A stretch of 63,442 nt of DNA, filler included, from Choristocarpus tenellus KU-1152 (lineage: Eukaryota; Protista; Phaeophyceae): the NCBI GenBank assembly GCA_964200185.2. It is 12 parts of 12 records of this genome, joined end to end, with 100 filler letters (N's around TTAATTAATTAA, not from the genome) between each part and the next. Parts side by side here need not be neighbours in the genome. Positions count along the whole stretch, not along the records: positions 1 to 5,019 come from CAXNAD020012142.1; positions 5,120 to 8,588 come from CAXNAD020019820.1; positions 8,689 to 13,864 come from CAXNAD020011608.1; 9 more parts are not named here. The stretch is one strand, 5' to 3'. Both the position numbers and the translations under genes were made by a program. Below the pieces are notes generated by a model. That model had not been told where the DNA came from and did no database searches. It saw only the letters and a list, made by a program, of their open reading frames with translations. Below are positions 1 through 13,240 of this stretch, one piece after another; within the stretch, counting starts at the first letter, position 1; each line of letters opens with the position of its first letter.

Positions 1-1252
1 ATTCGAAGATGTTCCTGCCCAAGGCCAGACTTTACGAGAACTCTTGCAGCCGTCGTGATGGCTGAACCCCCCCCTCCCAGATACTTTGGGTCAGCCTGCA
101 GTTGCCCTTTGCTCCCACAGCTGTAGCAAAGTCCGTTGAATGTGCAAGGACCGGCAAGCTTGACCAACCCACACTTAAAACATATTTCATGGGTCATGGT
201 CTTACCCCTGGCACGGGATCCTGTCGTGCCATGGTCTGTACGACGGATGACCTGTTGTACCTTGGCTGCTTCCTTGGCTGACCTTCCGATTTCTCCTGTG
301 TGGATTCATGGTCCTGGCGGCAAGAACCCTCCCGGACTCCCCGCGATCAGCTTCTTCTCGTTGTAGTGAGAAGTAGCGCGAACGAGCAGCATTTTGGATT
401 GTGGTTCTCGAACGCTCACCATTATTGTGATGTTGAAAATAGTGCTTGATGATGTGGTAGTCGTCGTCCAAACGATCCAGCATGGCAATTTGAAGAACTT
501 GCTCCGACATCATATGCCCCATCATTGTCATCTGACCCACCCAGTCCAACATTGTAGTAAAGGTGATTTAGGGGTTGGACCCCTGTAGCATCTTGATCTT
601 CATCACCATCTTTTGCAGTCTAGCTATTTCCTCATCTGAGTGAACAAGAAAAAGCTCCCTTATCTGTTTCCATGTCTCGAAAGGTGATGCTGCCTTGTGG
701 ACAATGCATCCGTAGAAACCACTGGTGCTCAACAAAATGTCTTACGCCTTTTTGGCCTTGACGACCTCATCTTAAGTCACATCCTCCCCCTTGATTAAGT
801 TGATATCACCAACTCTAACGGGTTCCTCCCTGTACTCCAATGCCTCATCAACGTCACTTTTTGCACCCAAGAAGGTAAGCATTATGACGAACCAGTCAGC
901 ATAATTATCGTCAGATAATTGAAGGAGTTTGGTGTGGTCTAAGGTCATGATTAATGTAAACCTTTCCCAAACCACTCCAGCTCCAGCTGCGCCTCCTTTA
1001 CTTAGAGTATGTTGTTAAGGGACTTCAGCGTGTTGAATACCTTCGTGCAGGAAAGACTCGTCGCCAGAAGCTACTGGTTCAGTCACATGGTGAATATACA
1101 CTGAATTATTATTTCCCCGCTGGAATTTATCTCAACCATCCATTATCACTGACGTATGAATAAATACTGACTTATCATATCGCTATGTACGTTACTATGC
1201 ATTTACCGAACTGAAGATAAACATACATGAAACTATGTTACATACTTGTATC
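1..1252 (-). mobile_element. Degenerate Ty1/Copia LTR retrotransposon, gag region with possible 5' LTR (about 1010-1252)
   Basis: Minus strand encodes LSDDNYADWFVIMLTFL (Copia gag N-terminal LxxxNYxxW motif, 772-975), IAMLDRLDDDYHIIKH (UBN2-like) and a decayed zinc knuckle ICFKCG (about 165-190), with frameshifts and stops. A TG...CA-bounded AT-rich segment upstream may be the LTR. No PBS was recognised. Confidence 0.7.
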
Positions 1253-2438
1253 AGCCTCAAGTTTAGCAGATTCTTGTGTCTGGGCAACACTGCAAGTTGA
1301 AGCTTTAATTATACTCTGTGATCAGATGAGAATTGCCACAATCAGGTAAGACACTGAACATACACATGCATTACATAACATGTATCCTACAGTTAAAAAT
1401 GGTGTATAACTGTGTAGTTAATATTTGTATTTACACCACCAGGTTTACAAGAAAGAAAAGCACAACCTGAACACACTGAAACACAAGAGGAAGAAGAGCA
1501 TCAAAAACTGAGATCTTCTCTGCATGGGATGGTGGTCAGGAAAAGAGAAGAACTAGTGGAGCTTGAAGAGCCAGGAATGGATATACCGCCATCTTCCGTT
1601 CCCTCATCAGCTTGACTGGTCGTGCAGTAAGAATTACATATGACCCCCCTCCCCTCTCTTCCCTTCTAATAATGTAATTACACCACAATCGCCAAAAAAA
1701 GGGAATTTGGTTTTGTCCCTCAATCAAAATTGTTCCAAGTATCATCACTTCTCCTCGCCCCCTGCCGCCCCAAATCTCAATCTCAGTCCCAAAAGTCTTC
1801 AATCTCTCTCAATAGGTATAATTGTGAGCACCTCTCTGCCCTAGTTTTATCGCTTTTCCATCCAGCACCAGTTCCTAGTTTCAACATTTTTAGAACTAAA
1901 AGTCAAACATACGCAAAACACACCACATTAAGCATGCATGGATCATGCATGCTGTACAGCATTGATAGTGTGTGTGCTAACTCCTGGTGGTGTCTTCCTC
2001 CAATACTCTTCCTCTCTTCCTTCCCCTCCATTTCCTCTGGGTCGTTTATGCTGAGTGGGTAGCTACAACACTGTGGACACGGTGAGTCCTCGCCAGAGAG
2101 AGAAGTCGCTATTCTTCTATGAACATGTACATCATTAGGGGAAGAGCAGACGGTGGTTTCAACACATACAAACGTCTCACCAATGGGGTTTTATCAAACC
2201 AATCAACACCGTGTATAGTTGCCTACAAATTGGTAACCAACACAATAAAAATTGTGACTCCGTCACACATCCCAAGCTGAGTGTGTTTTAAAACCATCTC
2301 ATTGCTGGGACAAGGAGCTGAAGAGTTGACTATTGTTGGCAACTAGCGTTCTCATCCTTGCTCTTAATCCCTCCCGTCCCCAATCTCTCAAAATATGCAC
2401 CATCGGTGTCTATTTGGGACACAAAATGGTGTAACATC

Positions 2439-4470
2439 TCAGCCATCATAGCGCTCCAGCAAGCAAGCATGACCCAGTCCTCCATCAGCGCATGCAGCAA
2501 CCAGAGCGAAGCGGCCTCCCTCCCTGTGAAGGCGGTTTGTTGCGGTGGATACAAGTCGCACACCTGTGGCCCCAAACGGATGTCCCAGGCTGAGACTGCC
2601 CCCATGCACGTTCAACTTGTCCATGGGAACCTCACCCAGCTAAAGGGTTTGGGGTAGGAGGATCAGGAGCAAGAGGAAAAGTTGTCATTATATGTGGAAT
2701 AAACTAGTTGCAACAGAGTGGAGGATACACTAGAGTAGGAGTAGGAGCAAGAGGGTTTGGTAATGACCTGGTGGGCAACACAAGTTGTGCACTCCCATAC
2801 ATTCTTATAGAGCACAGTTCTGTTAAGGAATGTAATGAGTGCATTGCAAGCCAACCAACCATCAATCCACATAGATTTTCCTCCCAGTTTTAAAAGAGGG
2901 ACCCAAAAAAATTGATATCCAGAGAACACAATCCAGTGCCAGCAGTTATCACACCGATACATGCCCCTCCCCTTCCACCCTCCAAATTAGAATTGCGAAG
3001 AACAATTTATGCACTACATCACAATCCATGAGATAGATTGGAAAACAATCACCATACACCCAAGCATTTCTCACTACCAAATCCTCCCCCATCCAACTTC
3101 AATCTCCCCAGAGACACACAGCCATGCTACCACAGCCTACTGAACTGCCACAATTGTTTCTATACTTACTAAACGAATAATAATCTTCCCTGAACCTGTG
3201 ATGACCAGCAACTTTGACCCCATACTCACCACTACTCCAACCTTTGGACCCTCATCCCGTCCTCTTCCCTATCTATCCTCTTCAATCCACTCTCCAACCC
3301 CCCACTCACACTAACCCTATCATTTCCTATCATCCACATATCCCTGGCAGAGGGTCCACTACCTCTCAGGTCACACCTTGCTTGTCCTGCCCATGTTCTT
3401 CTGTGCAAAAGAGTTCGAGTCCATGGCAGCCAGGTTGGACAGTACCTGTCCTGCAAATGCCTCATGTATCTCAAACACATCGATATCCTTCAGAGTCAAG
3501 CCGGTCTCATCCAATACCTTTCACCATATATGGAGATATTATTTTTTATTACATCATGTTTCAGGGGGAGGGGGGGGGGCTTAGCATTCGTTTATGAGCC
3601 ATCAAAACCATACCAGCAAAAGACGACATCAACCTACCCTCAACTTGTATACAATAGACATGGCATAGGCAGTATTGAAAGGTTTAAAAATATCATTGAA
3701 ACACCACAGGCCACAACGATGTAGAAGTAGCTTGGCCAGCAGAAAAGCTAGAAGGAGGAATGTTGAAAACATCTCCATCGTTAGTAGTGAAACCAGAAAT
3801 AACACATACTTCACTGATCTTGAAACACAATACATTTCCTGAAATCGCATGCCACCATAGAGAATACGTTCCTTGCAAGGCTAGGGCTAGAGTTAGGTAC
3901 AACACAATCTCCTGGCATTTCTCAATCAATGTTATTCTTGAGGTGCTGGTTAGCGCCTTCCTACATCTCTAACAAGACTCCCCAATAAGCATTTTAGTAC
4001 AGCTTCGACAAAAAACAAGGCATTTGGGGTTGTGGAGAGGATGGGCTGTACAGCAGAGGGTGGTGGGGAAGGGCAAGTAGGAGGGGTGATGTCGCCACCA
4101 TGAAGAAATTCTTGTCAGGCCAACCACTTGAGCAGAAGGAGAGGAACTAAACATTGAGAAATACAGCACTAGACCATGGTAACGCTCAAAATAGAGACAA
4201 ACATCCCATCAGCCACAAAAGAGAGAAAATAATGAGATCAGACTCCACAAATATTGAGATTTAATCCCCCAATCCCACCCTCTACTGCCCTTTCTCAGCT
4301 TAGAGTGGTGTACTGTTGTAAACACTGGAAAAGTAACATGCAAAAGAAAATGACACTTCACCTTTGCAGCAGCAAATGTAGGTCCAAGCAGAAGATCCTC
4401 AAATGGATCAACCGCCACAAAAGACCAGCCCTTGAAGATGGCCTTGGGCTTCATGCCAAGCTCAAGCGCC
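2439..4470 (-). CDS. HADHB: 3-ketoacyl-CoA thiolase (trifunctional enzyme beta-subunit type), last 3 exons; 5' part beyond the contig
   Basis: GT-AG exons 4470-4362, 3517-3377 and 2639-2439 splice in frame: [10 protein letters not shown]...[17 protein letters not shown] / [29 protein letters not shown]... / [26 protein letters not shown]...[21 protein letters not shown] and CxxGG are thiolase motifs. HEAF plus LLLGP is typical of the TFE-beta clade. Confidence 0.9.
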
Positions 4471-5019
4471 CTACAGCAAGTCACACAGGAGTCACCAAGG
4501 TGGGGATAAGGTGAAGAATTGAAAGATCAGGAGGAAGTGGGAGTGGGGATGGATAAATTTCAATCGGTAGATTGACTTGGGCTGGCAAGTCATGGGAACA
4601 GGGGGAGGAAAGGAGACAAACAAAACAAAACCTGTGCAAGTGTTCAAAGTTGAGGTTGCCTTCAAAGAGGGCATGCAGTTCCATAGTGCAAGGGGTTAGC
4701 TGTTGTGGAGAAGGATGTATGTGTTGGGTAGTGGGAGGTTCTAACACTCTAAAGAACAAAATTGTGGTACAGAAAGGGAAAACATTCCATTTCAAAAACA
4801 ACAATTGTTGACGAAAGTCTCATTGTCCCTTTCAGTTGGGAAGTCCACCCTACCTCCTTCCCTAACCCCCAAATAAAACAACAAGATGATAAACTACTGT
4901 TCTCTCACTGTGATAACAGGAGTATATTTGAGTCAGGGAGGAAGGGGGGGGGGGGGGGGGGATATGCCCCAGCCACATTTTGGACCCCTCTCCATCCCCC
5001 CCCAACACCCGCTTTTGTT

Positions 5020-5119
5020 NNNNNNNNNNNNNNNNNNNNNNNNNNNNNNNNNNNNNNNNNNNNTTAATTAATTAANNNNNNNNNNNNNNNNNNNNNNNNN
5101 NNNNNNNNNNNNNNNNNNN
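5020..5119. other. Artificial contig linker (N44-TTAATTAATTAA-N44); first of 11
   Basis: Identical 100-nt spacers with stop codons in all six frames at 5020-5119, 8589-8688, 13865-13964, 20860-20959, 25650-25749, 29921-30020, 33399-33498, 40024-40123, 45503-45602, 50479-50578 and 55694-55793. Flanking sequences are unrelated. Confidence 0.97.
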
Positions 5120-5143
5120 CCCCCCTCCCAGATACTTTGGGTC

Positions 5144-5280
5144 TATCTTAGACGGTAGAGCTGTGTCCATTTGGGGTCCAGAATCCAATGTTGTGATTTT
5201 GATGTAATTTTGGCTTTCGTGTTTGTTGGAAAGTGTCTATATCATTGTTCCGGACACACCTTTTCATAACATACACCTTC
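5144..5280 (+). mobile_element. MITE family 1, partial copy, abutting a family-2 end at 5120-5143
   Basis: TATCTTAGACGGTAGAGC...GTCCATTTGGGG...ATCCAATGTTG matches the left half of the copies at 34514 and 57303. Confidence 0.75.
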
Positions 5281-5856
5281 TGCTTCAGTCAACAGTACAA
5301 CGGATTTGGCTCAAGTCAGAGTTAAGTAGTGCTTCTTGAACACCATCTCTTCCCCTGATTGTACTCTTGTTTCTTTTCAGTAGTGATGATCAATTATCAT
5401 CAAATATAGTCTTGGCAGTTCATCTCACCTGTCGGATTTTGGAGTCTACAGGAGGAGCAAAATAATGCCGATCCATTATGTCGGTGACTTTGTGTTGCAC
5501 TTCAACGTTTCAGGGGCTATGAGGACAAATTTATGCAGCTCCAGATTTTGCATAACGTAGGCCTCAACTTGGGTTAGTCATAGGCCATTCTCGGGGCAGT
5601 ATCTTCATATCTCCATCACTGCAATATTCTCAGATCAACTTGGATATGTAGGAGGAGACACTGGGGGACTTCAACAGTTGAAATCAGTTTAGGTTCATCA
5701 TGCGGATTCATGTTTTGGTCTACAAATGTGAACATCGACAACCCTCAACATGCAACAACTTTGATCAGAGTTAGTTTGGATGATCTATTTTTATTATTGC
5801 TCTATATACCTTGTCATTTAGGGTTTAAGGATGGCGGACTCTTCACACCAATCAGA

Positions 5857-6117
5857 GAGTGGAGGCATCTTAGAGGGTATGAGTTTTGCCCTGTTTCTCC
5901 GTTTGAGGCTTGGTTTCCCATGGGTTTTTATGACTTTTTCCCACTCCGAAATATTTCCTAGTAAGTAAGACATATTCGTCATGAAAAGGTGTGTCCGCAA
6001 CAAGGATAATGACACTTCCTAACAAACACGATAGCCAAAATTACATCAAGATCGCAACATTGGATTTTGGCCCCCAAACGGACGTGACTTTACCCTAACC
6101 CTAAGATACTTAGACTT
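5857..6117 (-). mobile_element. MITE family 1 (about 260 bp), inverted orientation
   Basis: Degenerate TIRs (GAGTGGAGGCATCTTAGAGGGTA ... TACCCTAACCCTAAGATACTTAGACTT), internal match to other copies, flanked by AGA/AGA. Confidence 0.85.
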
Positions 6118-7343
6118 AGAGAGCTTTGTGATCGTGGATAGTTCATGACAAGGCCCGTACAGCCTTGTCCTATCTACTTCTAGTTAGTAGGTTTATTAAA
6201 GTTCAAAAAACATCTGCCGTACATCTACATTTCAAAAACTTCATGTTTGGTTGTCCTAGTCCTATCCCCAAGGGTTGCCTAGAGTGATGGTTTGGGCATG
6301 ATTTCACTCTGTTCTTGATATGTTGTCGCTTTAGCCTATACACATGTTTATCCTTAATGATGGTACACTCTACAATACCAATTCTGCTCTGAACATTAAT
6401 ATCATCACACGGTCAACATTCATATCATTAGAACTGTAGATATGAGTACTGTGTTGGATTTTACTATCAAGGAGGGACACACAGAGGATTACAAGACCTG
6501 CTTTTGGCCACACACCCATTCCCAGAACGTGGACTGACTCTTCAAGTACAGTGCTCTAAGAGAAGATTGCCATTTTGCTCTGAGTGCCCTGCACATCATA
6601 TTTCGTTCATAGTTACAATGCTGTATTTCAGTGCATTTCTTTTCAGCTCGTCTTTCCAAAAATGAAATTCAGTGCACAAGAGGTCTGCACCTGGTTCAGT
6701 TTGTCAGTTTAGTCAGTTAGTAGGGTTAGGGACCAGGTGGGTTCATCCTTTGCCTTGTCTGTTTCTGTCACCCACAACACAAGTCCATAACACAGTCCAC
6801 AACGCACGTACTATTTGGTCATCCGAGGATTAGTACTGTTGTAGATGATACAGCAGATTTCTTTGGTCGGCACTGTACTAATGCTATTTTTGCAGAACAT
6901 TCCCACCTTTGTCCATTGTGATTGAGGTCTTGCTCAAGCTCCGGATCTAGCCATTAACACCTAACACCTAACACCTAGTTGATATATGCTTCCTATTTGA
7001 GGGTATATTTGATTACCTGGCCAATGACAAACCCTCATCCATGACGGTCATCATCGGCATGATGGTACAAAATTTGGAAACTCTATATATACCCAACAGT
7101 GGCAGGTCTGTGTTACCTTGCAATGCACTAGTGCTGAAGAGAGGCATGCTAGTAAATGACTCCACATTACCTGGGGTTGACTATAGCGCAAAAAAAAGAA
7201 GAATGATGTGATACCACACACATAGTATTGCTGTTACATACTGTGCATGTTCCAGAGTCTGCAACCTATGGTGATGCCCCAGTATCCAACCAAAGTACTA
7301 AACTCTGCACCCCCAATTCATGCTCCAATTTTCGGTTCAACAG

Positions 7344-7490
7344 GTAAAGAAAACCCAGGAGGAACTCGACACTATCCGCGCCATGTTTGATGAGGCCGAT
7401 AAAATCGTCAAGACTAGGGGAGCCGCTGAAATTGAGCTGAAGGAACAGAAGAGTAGTTCTTCGGGTGTCATCGCTGACTTTGAGAAAAAG
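7344..7490 (+). CDS. Isolated internal exon encoding coiled coil (possibly SMC4/condensin-like)
   Basis: CAG|...|GTGAGC-bounded 147-nt phase-0 exon: VKKTQEELDTIRAMFDEADKIVKTRGAAEIELKEQKSSSSGVIADFEKK, with heptad pattern. SMC4 resemblance is from memory only. Confidence 0.55.
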
Positions 7491-8544
7491 GTGAGCAACT
7501 GCTGGGCAAGTGGAACTGGTTGACCATGTCGCAGAATGTCTATAGTTGGAAAATGATTTAAAATCAAGTATTTCCTCCCTCCCTTATGTGCAAATGCTTC
7601 CATGACACGAAGTCCCCTAGTATTATTCTCTTGAGGAGTTCGACAAGCCCTAACCCTAAGTAGAACTAACTGCACTGTCCGCCACATTCCTTATGGTGTG
7701 AGATAGATGCCTGTCTGTGCTTGAGAGCAAGTGGTCAGCCCGTGAGATATTTGTGGACATTAACTTAAAGAGGAGGATGTACAATAGTTCAACACCCAGA
7801 TTCAACAAACGGTTTGATATTGCTTTCGTTTCATATATAGAGGTGGAAGGGAAAATATATAGTGCTGAGAATTTTTGATATGATACGTGAGGACGTAGAA
7901 TTAAATAAAAATATATTGACTGTGGCAAGAGTGATGTATTGTCTGTGTAGAGTAGTATTGGATGTGATTAATATGCTGCTATAAATATTCCAAAGTAGTT
8001 GTGTAGGCATAGTCGTTACTGTGAAGACTTAGGGTTAGCCTGCCTTTTCTTCCTCGCATTCACAATACCCAAAATATCAGGACTAGCCATGTGATGGAGG
8101 TATGTATTGCGTGAATATTTGAATAATCCATGAGGAAAATATGACACATGAGAAATTTCCAAGTTTGTGTGAGGTCAAGGCCTCTGCTGAGCTCACAACA
8201 GGACTAACAAGAACAGTATTTCAATAATCATGATGGCACTCATTATTACCAAAAATGATAATACTGTATTGCCAAGTCTAAGAGGGGTAGGGGTTGTTGG
8301 AGAGTGGGTTCATTTTTTTCTTTGTTGATGTGACATGACATGGTGATGATGTGATATGATGTGGTGATGATGTTCCAAACCGAATCATTAGTGCATATGT
8401 TGCTCTTCATATGCTGTCTCCTACTCCTAACCCTAGCCAATCTTAGCATAAGGGTCGTAGGGTTAGCATTTGAGTCAATAAAGAAGTGGTTTAAGAAAGG
8501 TAGCTGGTTGGGAGGACGGTATGTACTCATCACACCCTTTCAAT

Positions 8545-8588
8545 GAGCCAAAGTATCTTAGAGGGTAGGGCCGTGTCCATTTGGGGCC
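8545..8588 (+). mobile_element. MITE family 1 left end, cut by contig break
   Basis: GAGCCAAAGTATCTTAGAGGGTAGGGCCGTGTCCATTTGGGGCC. Confidence 0.8.
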
Positions 8589-8688
8589 NNNNNNNNNNNN
8601 NNNNNNNNNNNNNNNNNNNNNNNNNNNNNNNNTTAATTAATTAANNNNNNNNNNNNNNNNNNNNNNNNNNNNNNNNNNNNNNNNNNNN

Positions 8689-11600
8689 ATCCCCTCTCCC
8701 TTATATCCACCTCCAACTCAACTCACTGCCATATACACATACGTGCGCTACTACAACAGGAACGGCACAAACAAAGAGAAGGAAATGGCTCCGAAGCAAG
8801 ACCTGGTGATGTCCTGGATAGACTACTGGGCGGATACGTACGGGCAGTTCATGCCTCACAAGACCGCAATTGTGATCTACGCCGCGAACAAAGAGGTAGG
8901 TTTTGCCCTTGGCTGTGGAGAGGTTGGCCACACCCTGCATTGGAGTTAGTTGCAAACCGTGTGACCCAGCAGTACGTAGAAGAAGTGGATCGAAGGAGTA
9001 TTTCAAGTGGTGGGTGGTTATTATTGACCGGTCTGAGATTATGGTTAAAAAAAATGTGAAGCTTCGTACGGAGTCCGATTTTTTTCGTTTGTTATGTCGA
9101 GACTACAATGATGATGATGATACTCTTCATCGCCTTTGCGGAGGAAGGCACAGTAACTGTTATTTCACCGCTGTGTACACCTACTCTGCAGCCCTGGTCC
9201 CGGTCTGATCTTGTAGCAAAAGTGTGTACTTCCTATGTGTCAAGGACTTCGCGACGATGATGATGACAATGGTAGATTCACCTCCTTTACGTTTCTGCAA
9301 ACGGTGGCGAGACCCTAATAGAATGGCGCTTGTGGCAGATTTACGAAGATCATTGTATTTGCTCTTTCATTATGCACGATGTGAGCTTGCTTGATCCTGT
9401 CTTCCGTGTTGTCAGTCAAGTTATTGATCAGCCCGCCTTCGAGAGATCATGCAGCGATGTTCTTCGAGTGTTCCTTCTTAACTCCTCACTTGTCCACACA
9501 AAAAACATTATTAATTAGGAGCTATACAAGGATTTTTTGCAAAGAGGCATTACGGGTGTATCCTGACGACACTTCCAAATGGGAAGCAAGGTGCACTTTC
9601 TCCGATTGCTCAGAGAGGACAGGCCCAACATCAGGCTGAGGGTAGGAGGCGACTTTATGAAATGTGACATATGTGTGATGTTAAAAGAGAAGCGTACTTG
9701 CTCCCATGCCGATAATACTGTCTTTGCCTTGAATGCAGCAGTAAAAAATAGGAGCAAAGACAAACATTTATTGTTACCTACACTCGATTTTGTCACGTAC
9801 CTGGTACGTATTAACAAGTGGCCATTTTTTTACACCTCTAAGCAGATTTGTTTGATTTATAGATGTGATGTTGCTCTCCCCCATTCTCCAGATTATCCGA
9901 GCGGATCGACTGGTCATCGCCAACAACACCAGCAGCGCCATGCGGGCCAAAATCGACGGCAAACCTCTTGGCTTCATGTTCATGTCTGTAGACGCGGCGA
10001 ACCAGACATCCCACGCCCTGCCAGCACTTTACCCACCTACCCATAGCGGTGACAGGTAACTACACGCACGCATAGTCCATTTGTCAACAAGTTTGCAGTC
10101 GCACGCAGAACAGAATAGACCACCCTGTTTTATTCAACGAGTGAGTGCAAAGTCCCAAGAAATAACCGCCAAAACAGACACACATAATTCCACTACCTAT
10201 TCCGTTCATCATGATGATGACGCACCGTAACACCTTTCTTTACACGTTTCTTTGGTTCATGTCCTTATTATCAGGGGCTACTCCGAGCGCCAGAAGATCA
10301 TGACCACACATGTCGAAGGCTAGTTCGCGGAGGTGTTCTTCACTCCTCAAAATCTTGGAGGAGGTACGTATTGTGGGTTGTGGCACAACAATCACACGAC
10401 CGAATAGATGCTCGTTGCGCATGCACCACTTGATTTACCGTCATGGTGAGGGGACCTGCCGCAGGTTAGATGCCCAAGGACGAGTACATCCTTGCACGAT
10501 TTGCCTACAGATACCGCAGGCCTGGTGAATATTCGATTAACTGATGATGCGCTGTGCTCCCCTGCCCTCGTACGCCTCAGCGTCGGAAGGGCGAGAGGAG
10601 CGTAAGAGCTAATCAAGGAGGAGGGAAACCAACAAACATCTATATCAGCCAGTCGGGTGTATGTGCTCTACATCGCAAAAACACATTCCATTACCCCTAT
10701 TTTTAGCTCCAAGTAAACAATGCGTAAGTAAGCAGAGTACTATTTGCCAACTAATGACAGACATCATCGTTCGCACAGGTTGTAACCTTGTCTGCACAGC
10801 CACCCACCTTGCCCTCACAAGACTTATCGACAAGTACCACAACAGCCTCGATCATGCCGGGGGTTGCATCATCCAGCACGCGCATTGGCAGGTAAGAAGT
10901 TTCATCTTGAGACGACCTACTTGCGATGTACTCACCGAATATGATGGCGGTGAAGTAGAGCTTGCGCTCTAGCACTACTGGAAACACGCCCTGTTTCTCC
11001 ACGAAATGTGGTGAAACGGGCTGACATATCGGCCTCACGCCTATCCCTCCCTCGCTCCCAACTCCCCAAACTAGCCAGGTCAACAACTGCGTCTCAGAGA
11101 ACAAGAACAATTTCTTTCTTGGATATGTGGGGCTGTTGGTCGCGGCGAGTGTCATTCGTGTGGTCGAAATACATTTTATGATGGTGGGGCACACGCACAT
11201 CAAGATCGATCAGATCTTCTCCAGGTAATTAGGCACACACTGCGAATGCGATAGCCGCATGGTGTTTTTACATGGACAGATACTGCCTTGAGGCTTGCAG
11301 TTCACACTTGTTGCCACTCTCGAAGGTTTATGGTCATACACTGCAATTGATTGATTAACTTTTGATTTCCCCATAACAAAATAGCACGAGAAGAGCAGCT
11401 GGCAAAACTGTATTGTAACCTAGTCTCGAAACGAAGCAAAACAAAAAATGTACGCATCCCCCCTTTTTATATTTATGCTTCCATATACGTGCATCAGAGC
11501 ATGTGTCTGCATATATATCTTGCTTCTCCACTTCGTTTCTTTCGCGCCCCCCTCAAAATTAACTTGCTTGCATTTCACACCTTCAGGTTCTCATATGGTA

Positions 11601-13240
11601 TCAAAGGGAAGAACATCTTCACAAGAACACAGCTGGGTGAAGAGCTGCAGGCCTCTTACACGGAGGTTCCAGTCTACTGCAAGACCCGACGGAACGAGGG
11701 CAACTTCAAGGGACTCCTTTGCGGTCGCGTCAACCGTGTTCCCAACATCACGAGCTACAGGGTTTTTTGCGTTGAAAAAGGCGGTGATGGGCGGGTTAAG
11801 GTTAGCGTAAAGCAATACATGCACCGCACCGCATGGAGTGCGATAGGCGCCAACGTTACTATCGACCCCAACGCCCCTCGGCACGACCTCTTCATCGGCC
11901 ACCCGCCTCGTCTCCAAGATGCACCACCCTACCAGTTAAAGAGCGTTCCCGAAGACGTCATCCTGAAGGTGGAGCAGCGGTACCAGGTGTCACACGAACG
12001 CCTCGCTGCCTCGTACCCACTGGGTAAGTCAAACATTTCGTGAGGGGAGTTGATGGCCAATTTTTGTATTCGGTGGCAGCCAAAAAAATCTGGTGCAACT
12101 TCTGTACGAGGCAGCCTTTACAGCCTTTTCAAAAACAAACTTGAAAAATATTCCCTTCTCATGCATAGTGATTGTCGCGTGTCACGATAAACAAGTACTA
12201 TAGATTACCACCAGTCTTGTACTCAACAACGACGAATCCGACGAAATCTAAACCCTCCCTCTCACTAGATGCTCCCTGAGCGCATTCGTGCAACCTCACG
12301 GCTGGTTACTAAGTCACATTCATGCTTCCATACTGTTGATGTTCTCGTGCTCATGCCATCCACCTTCGCAAATGATGAAGCCGTTCAGAGAGCGAAACAC
12401 GAGCAAAGCGAGTCTGTGCGTCTTCTCAAAAAGACAGGGGAACGAGAGTTCGACCTCCCAGTCCATTGGCTTCCCACCGATGACAATGGCGCTGGAACTG
12501 GTACCAGCGACGTCGAAGACACCGACGAGGGCGAACGTTTGGATGGAGGAGGTAATCTCGTCAGCAGTGACAATGATCTCGGCGGGCTCGAGGAAACAGA
12601 CTCTTCCTCATCGGACAGTGACACGGAAGAAGCTATCTTCCGTCGACGGGGTTAGCCTCGTGCTACCTTGAGATCGGTGAACGATGGAAACCTCGTAACT
12701 GTGCTGGAAGGCAGGTTTGCCTTTTTTGTGGCAACAGAGGCGCCGCTCTTGGTCGGCAAGATCCTAGCGGAGCGTGTTGGCGACGATCATCACTGGCTTC
12801 GGCCGACCAGTGACCACACACGTGACAACGCCGCGTTTCTGACCCTTGAAAAGTACGGGAAAAGTACTTTTGTCGAAGGCTACATACACGCTGGTGATAG
12901 ATCCGGGCGAACTGGGAAACCAAAGCGGGTTAAAGACGTAAGCTGGGAACCTGTGGCGGGCATTGTTTCGACATGCGACAAACTTGTTCGGAACGGCAAA
13001 AAGATTCCTACCAAAGTCTTGTCAGTTCTACGGTCTGCTATTGAGGCGAGGGAAAGTGGGGGTTTTGTGGGAGAAGGACAAAATACAAAATTCAAGGGAC
13101 AGAGGAGAGGAGAGGGGGGGGGAGAATGGGGGCGAAAAGGAGGACAACACCGACGACAACAAGGAGGAGGACGAGGAGGAGGATGAAGAGGAGGAGGAGG
13201 AGGACGGGAGCAGCAGAAGGAGGACGAAGATGACGAGGAT
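8689..13240 (+). mobile_element. Intron-containing Sola1-like (DUF7869-type) DDD transposase pseudogene, copy 1
   Basis: Exons about <8689-8895, 9519-9693, 9892-10055, 10275-10363, 10779-10891, 11079-11224, 11587-12023 and 12372 to about 13240. Motifs: GQFMP, FMKCDIC, MSVDAANQ...LP, WQV[N]NCVSENKNN...LLV...HFMMVGHTHIKIDQIFSR. Lesions: TAG at 10321, catalytic D to N, AG to AA acceptor at 12371, frameshift near 12650. A paralogous copy lies at 30021-33229. Confidence 0.75.
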
